A stretch of DNA of 64,000 nt from Eledone cirrhosa (lineage: Eukaryota). This document shows, piece after piece, positions 33,231 through 46,384 of this stretch (its first letter is position 1; every line of letters begins with the position of its first letter). A model generated the notes under the pieces. The model worked only from the letters and a program-made list of their open reading frames with translations, was not told the DNA's origin and made no database searches. Where the stretch lies: positions 363,258,001 to 363,322,000 of the forward strand of contig OZ024740.1 of NCBI GenBank assembly GCA_964016885.1, given 5' to 3'. The translations under genes and the position numbers were made by a program.

Positions 33231-34733
33231 ATGGGTTCAAGTGATTCCGCCCAAATTACTGATCTTGTGGGCCTCTTTCTCCTTTTCAACATAAATGCCT
33301 CTTTTCCCCACCTCAAAGGTGGTTTATATCGTGATGACTGTCTTCTTCTTTCTAACAACCTTAGCCTTTCAGAAATTGAAAAAAACAAAAAACATATTAG
33401 AACTTTCCTTAAAGACTATTATAATCTTAATATTACTTTTGAAAAAACAAGTAAAGTAGTAAATTTCCTAGATATAACTTTAGATTTAGCTACGGGTATC
33501 TACCAACCTTACCATAAACCTAACCAAAACTTACATTACATACACTCACAATCTAATCACCCTAAATCTATCCTTAAAAACCTTGCATATAATATATCAC
33601 TTAGAATTTCTAACCTTTCTTCTAACCAAGATGTATTTGATAAAAATGCGACCTTCTATAACGAAGCTCTAGATAGAAGTGGCCACAAAAATAGATTAGA
33701 GTATATACCTTCTACTAAAAATACTGAAAGCATACAACATAATATTACCAACAAACACCAAATGAAAAGTACACACCTAAATGCCACCCACACTATACCC
33801 CAAAATACCAAATCTTCTAATATAAAGTATAGTAACTCTCAAAAAACTACTCATCATACAACTCTAATAAATATTAATAATAAAACTCCTAATAAAAAGG
33901 ATAAAACACCTAAATCTAAAAATATAACTAAAAATAGTTGTGGTGAGATCATTAACATTAATCCTCCTAGTAAAAATCACGATACAACCTATAAAAATAA
34001 TAAAAATAATAAACAACATAGAAACCGTAATAGACGGGTTACTTGGTATAATGCTCCTTTTAATTTACAAGTTAAGGATAATATTGCTAAAAAATTTTTT
34101 TATATCCTTGAGAAAAACTTCCCGCCAAACCACAAATACCATCAAATCTTAAATAGGTCTACAGTTAAATTCTCATACTCTACAACAAATAACATAAAAC
34201 AAAATATAAGTGCATATAATGCATATAAATGTAAGAAAACCATAACTATACCACCAGTACATCAAATTAACCATAATATCTCCTCAAATACAGAATTAAC
34301 GAAAGGATGTAACTGTAGAAACAAAGCAAACTGCCCATTAAAAGGGAATTGTCTTGTTAACAACATTGTCTATAAATGTAATGTTAAAACTAAAGATTCT
34401 ATTTGCTCATATATAGGAGCTACCTCTAACAATTTTAAGACAAGGTTTAATACCCACAAGCATAGTTTTAAAAATGCTGCACTGGCTAATACAACATCTC
34501 TAGCTGAAAAAATCAATAGTTATAAAAATAAGAATATAAAATATGATTTGACCTGGAGTGTGCTCAAAAGAGCCACCCCTTATCAAAATAATAGAAATGA
34601 ATGTAGATTATGTTCCCAAGAACTATTTGAAATAATGAAGTCTAAGGATATCTTATTAAATAAACGACAGGAATTAATTATATCGTGTAATCATAAACTA
34701 AAAAAAACATTTAAATATTATAAACCTAATTAA
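33231..34733 (+). pseudogene. 5'-truncated PLE-H1 RT(C-terminal)-GIY-YIG ORF, right arm
   Basis: Starts at RT motif B (MGSSDSAQ), uninterrupted to stop; lacks the N-terminus and motif A. Confidence 0.92.
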
Positions 34734-36420
34734 CAACATTATTTTAGAAATTAATTTAATTTAAATGTTAGTTAACCTATATATTTAATTTAATTAAAAT
34801 TTTATTACAGATCAGATTATAAAATATTATGTAATCATAAATTGTGAAAAACCTTTAAATATTACTAATATATACTTAGTAATTTAATTTATAGATTAAT
34901 TTTAATTTATTTAAACCTTTTATTATTTTTATTATAATTCTTTTACAGATAAAATATAACAAAATAATATCGTGTATCCAATGACAGAGAAATAATTTTT
35001 AGTATTATTGACCTAATTAATATACATTTTAGAAATATATTTATAATTTGATTTTAGTTTTAATCAACCTAAAAATTTAATTTTAATTTGCTTAATATTA
35101 GTATCCTTATACAGACGAATTGCAGAATGTCATGTAATCATAGAATGCGATGTGTTTTGGATATATACCTAGTTAATATATTCTATGCAATTTTTTGAAA
35201 AAGATATGTATATGTATATGTGTATGTGTATGTGTATGTGTGTGTGTATGTATATGTATATATATGTATATATATGTGTATATATATATTTGTGTGTATA
35301 TATGTATGTATGTGTATGTGTATGTATATGTATATGTATGCGTATTAATTTTGATTTCTATTTGCATATAATTATATTATACTATTGATGAAATACAATA
35401 TCTGCTTTATGTATTGTATACCTAATTAACATATACTATAGAAATAAATATATAATTTTTAATTTAGTTAACCTATAATTTATATTCTACTACCGATGTA
35501 CTACTTTATTTTATTGGTTTTTTCCCTATTACTAATTTCATTTCCTAATATTGATACCATAACGTTATTAACTTTAATTTAGTTATACTGTAATTAATAC
35601 TCTACTACTATTTAACTTCAAAATTCTGCTTCAAATATTATAAACCTAACTAATTTACACCTTAGAAATCAATATGTTAACTATCTTTGGTTTAGTTAAC
35701 ATATAGTTAATGGTATACTTGTTTATTTTGAGATGCATAGATTTTGCCTTAGTTTTTATTTGTTGTATTTTATAACACTGAAAATATGTAAAAAAAACAT
35801 ATATTGGATAAAGATACGGAAAATTTTCTATGTTTCTTGAAACATATATTTACTTTGATCCCCTTCTCCAAACCCCCCCTTTCCCCCATACTATTATCAT
35901 CTGTATTTGTAAGCGTCTATGTATGAATATATATGTAGGTAGGTGTCTATATAGGTTTGGGTATTTATATCTAAATATAAAGATACATATATGTGCATGC
36001 AAATATGAATGTAAGATTGTGTGTGTATATATGAGTGTGTGTATGTATGTATATGTATGTATATATGCATCTATATATGTATGTGTATGTGAATGTGTGT
36101 ACGTATATGTGTATGTATGTGTATATATGTGTATATATATATGTTAAGTGTATATATAGGAATATATATATGTGTGTATATATATGTATATGTATATGCG
36201 TGTGTATGTATGTGTGTGTATGTGTGGTGTGTATATATATGTATGTCTCTCTATTTATATGTCTATCTCCGTATCTATGTGATATATGTGTGTGTATGTG
36301 CATGTATGCACATATATGTGTTTATGTGTATATATATGTATGTATGTATATGTGTGTGTGTGCATGCACACAGATATATATATGTGAGTGTGTATATGTG
36401 TCTGTGTATATGTATGTGTG

Positions 36421-36464
<44 letters not shown>

Positions 36465-36526
36465 GATGTCTATGTGTGAATATATATCTATATTCATATG
36501 TGTGTATATGTGTATGTATGTGTTTG

Positions 36527-36574
<48 letters not shown>

Positions 36575-36741
36575 GGTATGTATATATATATATATATATG
36601 TTTATATATATATATATATATATATATTATTTTTTATATAACTTATGTGTATGTGTGTATAAGTGAAGTTATGTATATGTATATAATATGTCTATATATG
36701 AGTGTAGAAAAATATATATATATATGTGCATGTCTGTTTTT

Positions 36742-36780
<39 letters not shown>

Positions 36781-36894
36781 GTGTGTGTATATATATGTAT
36801 ATGTGGGTGTTTGTATGTGTATTTATGGTGGTATGAATGTGTAGGTATCTTTGTATATATATATATATATATATATATGTGTATATGTATGGGT

Positions 36895-36984
<90 letters not shown>

Positions 36985-37352
36985 ATGTGTGTATATATAT
37001 ATCTCTATTAATGCGTGTGTGTATGTATATACATATGCCTTTTTATTAATATTTTATTTGTATGTCTGAGTTAGGTAACGTTGTAGTGTTTTTTATGTAT
37101 ATACGCATAAATGGATGCGTATGTATTGGTATATATGAGTATAAGTAAGTGCATATGTATGTATGAGTATATTTCTAATTCTATGTATGAATATACATGT
37201 ATATATATGTGTGTATGTAAGTTGTGTGTGTATGTATGTATATGTCTATGTATATATGTATATATATATATGTATATCGATGTACGTATATGTACGTACA
37301 TGTATGTCTATGTATGTATGTATGTGTATGTATATTTAGGTGTGTGTGTATG

Positions 37353-37395
<43 letters not shown>

Positions 37396-37649
37396 ATATA
37401 TATGTATATGTATATATCTTTATTATTTATTTTTTTTATATATATGTGTATGTGTGTATGTGTTGCGTGTGTGTGTGTGTGTGTATATATATCTTTATAT
37501 ATGTGTATGTGTATGTTCGTGTAGATGTATATGTGTGTATGACTTTATATGTATGTGTGTATGTATGTATGCGTATATATTTCTGTGTGTGTGTACATGT
37601 ATGTATGTGTATATATCTGTATGTATATGTATGTGTATTTGTATGTGTA

Positions 37650-37705
<56 letters not shown>

Positions 37706-37734
37706 ATATATATATATATATATATGTATATGTA

Positions 37735-37786
<52 letters not shown>

Positions 37787-38352
37787 TTTCTATTTGTATA
37801 TGTATGTGTGTATAGGTATATACCTTTCTCTTTGTATTTCTATGTTGTGTGATAGTGTAGTTGGTGTTAGTATGGATATACCGATATATAGATGCGTAAG
37901 TATTTGTCTGTATGTATGTATGTAAATCTGTATATATTTGTGTGTATATATAGCTATGTATGTGTATATCTGTATGTATATTAGTATGTAAGTGTTGTAT
38001 ATTTGCATGTATGTGTGTAGTTATATATATCTGTGTCTGTATAGTATGTGTGATTATATGTATATGTGTGTGTATATGTACGTGTATATGTATATGTATG
38101 TATATATATGTGTATATATATATATATATATATGTGTGTGTATATATATGTGTATGTGTATTTGTATGTATATGTGTATATGTATGTATGTGTGTATATG
38201 TTTATGTTTATATATGTGTGTGTATGTATATTCTTAGTGTGGATGTGGTTATATGTATGTATGTATTTATATATGTGTGTATATTTATGTATGGATGTGT
38301 AAGTGTCTATGTGTGTATATATATATGTATGTTTTTTTTATATATATTTATA

Positions 38353-38403
<51 letters not shown>

Positions 38404-39070
38404 ATGTATGTGTATGTGTGTATATTTATTTTCTTGATATATTTCTTTTTTCTTTTTTCTTTTTTCTTTTTTCTGTTCTTCTTTCTATTCTTTCCTCCTT
38501 AATGTTTTATTTATTAGGTTTTATTTGTTTTATTTTTCTTAGTTTATAGATACATTTATATTAGGCAGTCTGTTCAGACCGTTGAATACTGACCCCTCCC
38601 CCCCCCCCCTCCCACCTAATTTCTGTATCTTGATCTGAAAGTGTGTATGCCAGTGTTTTATGTGAGTGAATTAATATCCATGTGCTTATGATTTTATATC
38701 CACATATATAAATGTGAGTGGGGGTGTGTGTGTGTGTTTGTATGTTCGTGGTTATGTGTATATTTATGCATATACGCGCGTGTATGTGTGATTGTACGGA
38801 TATGTGTGAGTATGAAAAAATATATTTATATACTTAACTTCATAAGTGTCAATAACTCACAGAGACATTAACCTTGAAATTTTGTGTTCGCATCCATCCT
38901 TTTAGTATGCGTATACAATTTATACATACATTTTTGTAAAATATGTGTAAGTGTTTTACATGTATATACACACACCGAACTGCATTTAAACCTTTTGTGT
39001 TTTCATTGGTCAATTTTTGTTCCCAAACGGACCTGAAATTTTGAATTGTTGTTATTATCAATAAATATAC

Positions 39071-39225
39071 TTCATTATTTCTGAAGACGGCGTATATATG
39101 TGTTTGGTATGTATATTTAATCTTGATAATTTGTATAATTTTGTATAATTTTGTACATAGATCTGTTGAATATGCATACCAATTATAACACATATATATC
39201 CTAGAAACGATCGTTAAATAATGAA
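39071..39225 (+). ncRNA. Type I hammerhead motif with 116-nt stem II (right arm)
   Basis: TTCATTATTT-CTGAAGA-[39088-39203]-GAAAC-GATC-GTT-AAATAATGAA; perfect 10-bp stem I; stem II pairs TATATATGTGTT/AACACATATATA and TGGTATGTATATTTAA/TTGAATATGCATACCA; predicted cut after 39215. Confidence 0.75.
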
Positions 39226-39411
39226 CTTTTTTTGTTTAATATAAGAAATTGTTTATTCATTATTTGTTTAATATTTTATCTTGTACTCTGTATACCGTTT
39301 ATCTTTCACCGAAAGTGGTTTTTCATTACATCTCTTCTTTCCATGATATCCGGAATACATTGAGTTCTTCATACGGATTGGACACTACCGTAAACTCTTG
39401 GTAGATTTATC

Positions 39412-39454
<43 letters not shown>

Positions 39455-39489
39455 AGTAAGTATGTTTTGAAACAGTGAGCAGGTTTGAA

Positions 39490-39705
39490 ATTAGAAAATA
39501 GAATAGCTTTCACCGTATTTTTGACTAAAGGAATTTTAGCCTGATAATGGGGTTTAGAACCCTCAGATAAATGGGAAAAGATGAGTATTGACGTACATGG
39601 GAGTCAATACTCATCTTTTTCCATTTATCTGAGGGTTCTAAACCCCATTATCAGGCTAAAATTCCTTTAGTCAAAAATACGGTGAAAGCTATTCTATTTT
39701 CTAAT
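39490..39705. repeat. Hairpin with 103-bp arms and a 10-nt loop
   Basis: 39490-39592 is the reverse complement of 39603-39705 with one mismatch; flanked by (TA)n. Confidence 0.95.
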
Positions 39706-39712
39706 ATATATA

Positions 39713-39784
<72 letters not shown>

Positions 39785-39963
39785 CCGATTAATGGTGAAA
39801 TATATTTCTTTAATGGAATATATACAAAGGAGATTAATCATTATTGCAAGGTATGTATATTCAAGATTCTCGTTAATTTTTAATGTGTTACCTCCGTAAC
39901 TAGGTGTGTTTACACTCTACAAATTATCCCCTGTAATTGTTTGATGTGTTTATTTTATTTTAT

Positions 39964-40012
<49 letters not shown>

Positions 40013-40329
40013 TATGCGTATGTGAAGGAGAGAGTGTGTGCTGGTATATGTGTGTGTATACATGCATATCCACACGTTTAAGATTGTAAATAACGAAGAA
40101 AAGGTTCTCAATACTAAAGTAGAGAGTATATATTTTTATTATATTTCTGAGATTACTGTCAGTTGCTACGAGATCCTACTGATCACACAATTACTTCACA
40201 ATCGATTTTTAATTCGACGTCAATAAATGCTCGGATTTATTCCTTAGAATCTTTGAACTTATTCTACAGGTCGTATGGCGCATGCTTCCGATATACTCAG
40301 ACATGACATCTTTAATTCAAATTTGGTCG

Positions 40330-40373
<44 letters not shown>

Positions 40374-40401
40374 CGTGTGTATATATATATACATATATAT
40401 A

Positions 40402-40432
<31 letters not shown>

Positions 40433-40450
40433 GTGTGTATATTTATATAC

Positions 40451-40490
<40 letters not shown>

Positions 40491-40564
40491 TTATATATAT
40501 ATATATATATATAATTATCCTTATCGAGCCCTCTTTGGATTTTAGTCTTCAAATTTATTATTAT

Positions 40565-40605
<41 letters not shown>

Positions 40606-40606
40606 T

Positions 40607-43218
40607 ATTGTTATACTTGGGGAGGGTTATATTTGTGTAATTATATTGCCAGAATTAATAACAGAACACACTCACTGTTTGGTTGGTTTTCGCTTCTGTG
40701 TCTTTTATATCGGTTAATTTAATTTATTCGGTCCTCAATGTTACCATTGACTGACCAACGGTCAAAAATACAGATACAATATAGACACAAACACATATAT
40801 AGTCTAACAAAGTTCTTTCGTTGCACATCTGCAACATCGTCAGTGGGGCTATTATGTTTCCTCCCGTTGAATTGTATGCCTACGCCATCTTTATTTAGTC
40901 TGTTTATTTATTTTTTTTGTTTTGTCTTCTCTGCGCATGCGTTTGCGTGTGTGTATAGTGTTTTGTTTGATGTGTGTTCGTGTTTGGGTGTCTGTGTATT
41001 GGTTATTGTATTCTATCTTAGTTTACTAGTGTGTGTTTATATGTGTTTGTTGTTATTGTGCTTGTGTATGTATTTATTTATTTATACTTCTCTTTGGTCA
41101 GTGTTGTTTGGTTGGGTGTTATTGTTATGCCATTCATTTTTTCTGTTTAGCCTTGGCCTTCTAAGTTCTATTTCGCTGGCCTCTCTGATTTGCCTATCTG
41201 CTGGGTCATTTCTATGTTTAGATATTATTCTAATTTCTATGTTGTCTATGTTACCGTCGTGTTGTCTGGCATGTTCGTATAGTACTGAACCATTTTTTCG
41301 TCCTTTTAGTTCCCCCAGTGTTGGTCTATCCTTTCACCTATGCTACGAGCTGTCTCGCCTATGTATGTTGTTGTCATGTTTCTGCAAGTACCCTCTGTAC
41401 ATCTTATGCTATAGAGTACGTTTCTAGTTTTACAGTTTATCCTGGGGTTTACTTTACATATAATACATTTCCTATTAGTACAGTGGGTTCTCTTAAAAGG
41501 GTAGGTTTTGCTGATCAGGGATTTTATGGTGGTTCCTGGCTTTTCTACCACCTTAATCTTTAAGTGGGTCTTTCTCTGGGCCTTTCTACACTGGTTAGCT
41601 AATTTCCCTCCAGGGGTAGCGTCCACAAACATGACACTCTGGTATCTCTGGTTGTCGTACCATGAGGTGGCTTTTCCTATCTTATGTCTAGTCCTATCTA
41701 AGCTATTCCATGATTTGCTCCTGTATAATGGGCAAATTCCTTTCATGTCCAGTTCTATGAGGGTCTTATACTTCTCCGTGGCACCTTCGTATACTCTGAT
41801 TCTGTCTCTTTGGTTGTAGCCAGAGAACTGCATGCGGTTGATGAAGTGTTGGATGTGTCTTTCCATGGGTCGCACATGCAGGACACGTTCTTCATCACTC
41901 GTACCAAGTCTGCGATCAGAATATTAAACTAAGCACTACTGGACATTGCTGAGTTTTTGAGTATCAGTTATTTGGAGGCCATGGGTTTAGCATAGTGTGA
42001 GTGGAGAATTTAGGCTCTCCCGTCTATAGTGTTAATCCAGAGTTCTGTGTCTAATACAGGTAGTCTATTGTTAGGGTGTTTGGAAGGGTAGTCGTTATTT
42101 ACAGTTATACTCTGGTGTATGGAATTAGCTATCTACTGGATGCTTTCCATTGTGCTACGTTCTAAATCAAACTTGTTAGTGCTCTCTAGTGGGGATGTTC
42201 TTATAACTATATTGATATCGTCTACGTAACAAGAGTACATGATAAGGTCTATGGATATCTCAGTAAGGAGATCTTCAAGTCTCCTTTCCCACCATACCAT
42301 AAAAAGTTTGGCAACATCACCAGCTATGCTGACGGCAATGGCTGCTCCCTCATTTTGGGTGTAGATCTTCTCGTTGAATTTGAATATGTGGCCCTTTAGG
42401 GTAGTTTTGATACTAGTCCCTATTGCATGTGCGAACATTTTTCTTACCTGATCATTGTTTTGGGGGGTCCGTATAGCTTTGGTCCACCCGATCCACCTTC
42501 CCATGGGAGTATTTTTTGCCATTGAGGTTATGGTGGGGGGTCTACCTCTTATGGTTCTACTGGGGCAGAAACGTCTAAGGTCATGGCTGTCTAGGTAGAC
42601 AGTGTCATAGGTAAGTCTAAGTAGGAGGCCCTGTTCGTCTGTGTCGACGTCGCAGAACTCGACCTCACTCTCAATGATCATCTCCACACATTTTTCCACA
42701 GCAAAATCAATGTTAATGGATGGGTACAGTGATACCACATCCATACTGCTTATTATGCAGTTGGATAGGTTCCTGTTTTTGTTGCACTCACTGATTCTGC
42801 TGAAGAGGTCCTCTGTACTGTCACATACATCTGGGGACATCTTGATTATGGGGCGTATAACCATTGAGAGGAAGTAGGCGATCCTGTAGTTGCTAGCTAT
42901 ATTTTCTCCGCATACAGGTCTTGTTGGTGGTCCTGATGTCGGGTCGTCGACTGTCTTGTGGTCTTTGCCATAACAAGGGTGGTATGCCATTGTTAGACGC
43001 CTGGAAGTTGTTGGCAGTGCGTCTGCTTGGCTTTAGGATGTCGGTCCACGTCATCATGTGACCGTTAAGGATTTTCTCTCTCCCATCATGTATTTGCTGT
43101 GCAATTTCGCTCGTGTTGGTGATGTGGGGTTGTATAGCCTTGATGTAGTTCGGCATGCTGTCTATTGACATCCTACCAAACTTATCCGTGGGTAGACATA
43201 CTACCTCACCACAAGACC
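40607..43218 (-). mobile_element. Penelope-like element, family B2 (related to B), degenerate ORF
   Basis: LPTDKFGR, KDHK...GPPTRPVCG, SSMDVVSLYPSI, YTQNEGAAI, YVDDI, MQFSGY, NCKTRNVLYSIRC, YIGETARSIGERI; same terminus CCCAAGTATAACAAT(AT)n as PLE-B. Confidence 0.9.
40804..40850 (-). ncRNA. Minimal hammerhead motif with decayed stem I (PLE-B2)
   Basis: CA-CTGACGA-T-GTTGCA-GATG-TGCAAC-GAAAG-AA-CTT-TG; stem II covaries with PLE-B (GTCACA/TGTGAC). Confidence 0.65.
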
Positions 43219-43232
43219 TGCATATAAACAGA

Positions 43233-43279
43233 ACTGCAGACACTAATGTTTCTGTATGATTACCCTTCATCAGTGCAGT
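43233..43279 (-). ncRNA. Minimal type I hammerhead motif in an orphan fragment (~43219-43380)
   Basis: ACTGCA-CTGATGA-A-GGGTA-ATCA-TACA-GAAAC-ATTAGT-GTC-TGCAGT; 6-bp stem I, stem II base damaged. Confidence 0.72.
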
Positions 43280-43380
43280 ATACTGACTACCTGCTAACTG
43301 TCAGAATCGAATATTATTATCAATATTCGAAAAACTCAGATTACATTTATTCAGCCATGTAGAGCGATAAACTATTTGTT

Positions 43381-45746
43381 AATTATTATTATTATTATTA
43401 TTATTATTGTTATTGTTATTCCTTGAATCTCAGTCATTGATGTTGGTTAACTGGAAAGTCCGTTGGATTGAATATCAAGCCACTACCTGCAGCCTCAGAT
43501 ATTCAGGACGTATCGGAGGGTTCTTGCTGTTCCAAGCAAGCATGCCTTTTGAAGCGTTCCAAAAAGCGTGAAGGGGCCGATTTTCTTTAACCATCCCTGG
43601 AAACTTTTGGAGATAGTCCCCAGTGCGCCTATGACAATCGGGATCACTTTGACTTCATGGCAGTTCCAAATCCTTTTCACCTCCCACTTTAGGTCCTGGT
43701 ATCGGTTAATTTTCTCCCTCTCCTTCTCTTGCACTCTCGTGTCGAACGGGCAGGCCACATCCACAATCAGGCACGATCTTTTTTCTTTGTCCACAACCAC
43801 CAGGTCAGGTCTATTGTGTTCCAGTTTTTTGTCCGTCTGTATCCTAAAATCCCACAGCACCTTCACCTGATTGTTCTCCATCACCGCCTCTGGCCTATGC
43901 TCATACCATTTCTCAGAATGTGGTAAATTGTTTACTTTTCACAGGTGCCAGTGGATCACCCTGCCCATCACATCGTGTCTCCAGCCCTTATAGTGGGTCT
44001 GGGCTAGGTGTTTACACTCGGATACAATGTGAGCCACAGTCTCCTCTCTCTCTCCACAGATCCTGCACAGTGGGCTAGCCTCCTCCTTGTAAATATGGTG
44101 TTTCAACCACTTCGTTTTGAGGGCCTGCTCATGCGCAGCCATTAACATTCCTTCTGTAGCCTTGTTGAGGTCTCCTCTTCTCAACCAGTTCCATGTCTGT
44201 GGATCTCTGAATTCAGTTTTCTCAAAGAAGGTACTATGAAGGGATTTTTCCTGAAGGCTGCTCTTTCTCCTTGATGTTATTTCCTCCTTGGACATCCCCT
44301 GGCCTATTGTCCCCTCCTTCAGTACAGTTCTGAGCATTGGCTCCTTACTATCAGTCACGTATTTGTGTAGGTTGTTTTTCTCCATCTGAACACAGTCCTC
44401 TATGCTGATAAGACCTCTTCCACCCTCAGATCTCCTTAGGTAGAGTCTATCGACATCACTCCTCTTGTGGAACATGTTGTAGATAGTCAATAGCTTCCTA
44501 GTCTTCCTATCCATTTCTTTTTGTTCAGCAACATTCCATCTCAGAATTCCCGCACTGTACCTAATAATAGACACAGCTCGGGAATTTACTGCGCTTATGG
44601 CATTTCTGCTGTTCAGATGTGACTTCAATACGCTCCTTACTCTCCGAATGTATTCAGTTCTTAACAATTCCTTCATTTTTTTGTTCTTTATGCCATCAGC
44701 CTCCAGAACGCCCAAATACTTGTATCCTTCCTCAGAGTCAATTTCCTTTATCATCTCACCTGTTGGTATCTGGATTCCGTTACTTCTGCTCAACCTACCC
44801 TCCTCATCACAATGACTCCACACTTACTAATACCAAACTGCATACATATATCACTGCTGAAAATACGGACAGTGTCAACAAGCACATCCAACTCCTTCTC
44901 ACTCTTCCCGAAGAGCTTAAGATCGTCCATGAAGAGGAGGTGATTGATGGTAAGCCCTCCCTTTCCCAACCCGTATCCTGCTCTCACTTTTCGCAGTACA
45001 CTGGTCAGGGGCATCAGGGCAAGGACAAACAACAGAGGGGACAGCTACCTCCCTGGAAGATACCTCTCTTGATCTTCACTCTTCCCAAGGATTCTCCAGT
45101 TGATGTCAACTCTGTTTCCCAGGACCTCATACTCTTGCCCAACAACTGCCTGATGTTATCTGCCACCTTGAAGATCTCCAGGCTTTTGGTGATCCAAGAA
45201 TGAGGCACCATGTCAAATGCCTTTCTGTTGTCTATCCATCCCATGGCAAGATCAGTGTGTCTCCTCCTGCAATTCCCCATTACCATCTTATCAATAAGTA
45301 ACTGGTCCTTTGTACCACGTGACTTCTTTCAGCATCCTTTCTGTTCGTCCGGTAACAAGTTGTTTGTGTGGAGGTGATGGTAGATTTCCTCAGACACAAT
45401 GCTCGTCAACAGTTTCCACATTACGGACAGACATGTGATAGGTCTATAGTTGGTAACATCATTACCCTTGATTCGGTCTTTCATTATCAGAACTATGGTA
45501 CCTTTTGTCAACCACTCTGGTACCTCACCTGACATCAAGCAGTCATTGAACATGGTTGTCAGTTTCGGGTGGAGGGATGTTATATTTTTAATCCAATACC
45601 CCTGCACACCATCTGGGCCTGGTGATTTCCAGTTGGTTAGTTTTTTGGCCTGCCCCTTAAGAGTTTCAACTGTGATACTCAAATCAGTTTGTTGGTGTGC
45701 CTGCTCACCGATCTCCCTCTGTACTGTCTCAATCCACCCTGCCTGG
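43381..45746 (-). mobile_element. R4/Dong-like LINE (RT + CCHC + restriction-like endonuclease), 5'-truncated, frameshifted
   Basis: [65 protein letters not shown]...ETVAHIVSEC, RHD, WDFRIQTDKKLEHNRPDLVV; (TAA)n-type tail at 43381-43420. Confidence 0.93.
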
Positions 45747-46256
45747 AAAAAAGTAAAGCAAATTACTTTACTTGCTTTACTTTTTTCTTTACACTTATCC
45801 GCTTTTCTTCACTCTCAGTATTTTTTCTTTCATATATAGTTTTACCCCCCATTGTTCTACCTACCGTTCCGACTTCCTCCCTCTCCCCCTCCCCAGTATC
45901 TTCTTTGACCTCATGCCCAGCTGTAGCTGGCACTACCAACGCTTGATTGGGTCTACTCCACCCCCTCCCCTCTTTCTCCTACTGGCAGGTTTAGCCACCA
46001 TCTCCCCTACTAATTTGCAATCACAGAATTACTACTGATTTTTGACAATCACTTTGACCATATATGGAATTACCCCTTGAGAAGATCGGCTATTTAAATA
46101 CCAGGATAAATTTTCATTTAGTCCAGAATTAGCCGTCGAAACGGCTTGAGCTCAGCCGTCGGGGTCTTACTGGTTCCTATTACCCACTCTACTACCCCAA
46201 GTATTGAGTACTTTGGTGCGTTATGGTCCACCTGGTTCCTTACCACATTTCCTTCG

Positions 46257-46258
<2 letters not shown>
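45747..46258 (+). mobile_element. Orphan PLE-like pseudo-LTR (family C)
   Basis: Non-coding; contains an HHR, then ATG (MVHLVPYHISF), ends in (TA)n; homologous to 60850-61101. Confidence 0.65.
46072..46165 (+). ncRNA. Type I hammerhead ribozyme, U3-A8 core, extended stem II and full stem III
   Basis: ACCCC-TTGAGAA-GATCGGCTA...TAGCCGTC-GAAAC-GGC-TTGAGCTCA-GCC-GTC-GGGGT; predicted cut after 46160. Confidence 0.82.
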
Positions 46259-46339
<81 letters not shown>

Positions 46340-46384
46340 AATGTGGAGAGGAGGCACACGAGTTAGGATATATATATATATATA

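Larger units (their letters stand above)
27191..39279. repeat. 12.1-kb near-perfect palindrome of two head-to-head PLE-H1 3' halves
   Basis: Mirror ORFs 31737-33203(-) and 33159-34733(+) give the same protein over their shared length; all other ORFs are mirrored; 9-nt spacer at 33231-33239; arms differ by microsatellite and homopolymer lengths plus a few changes near 27459-27480. Confidence 0.97.

Noticed and set aside
39625-39700. CTGAGGG...GAAAGCTA as a hammerhead in the small hairpin
   Set aside because: A9 is missing and there is no stem I
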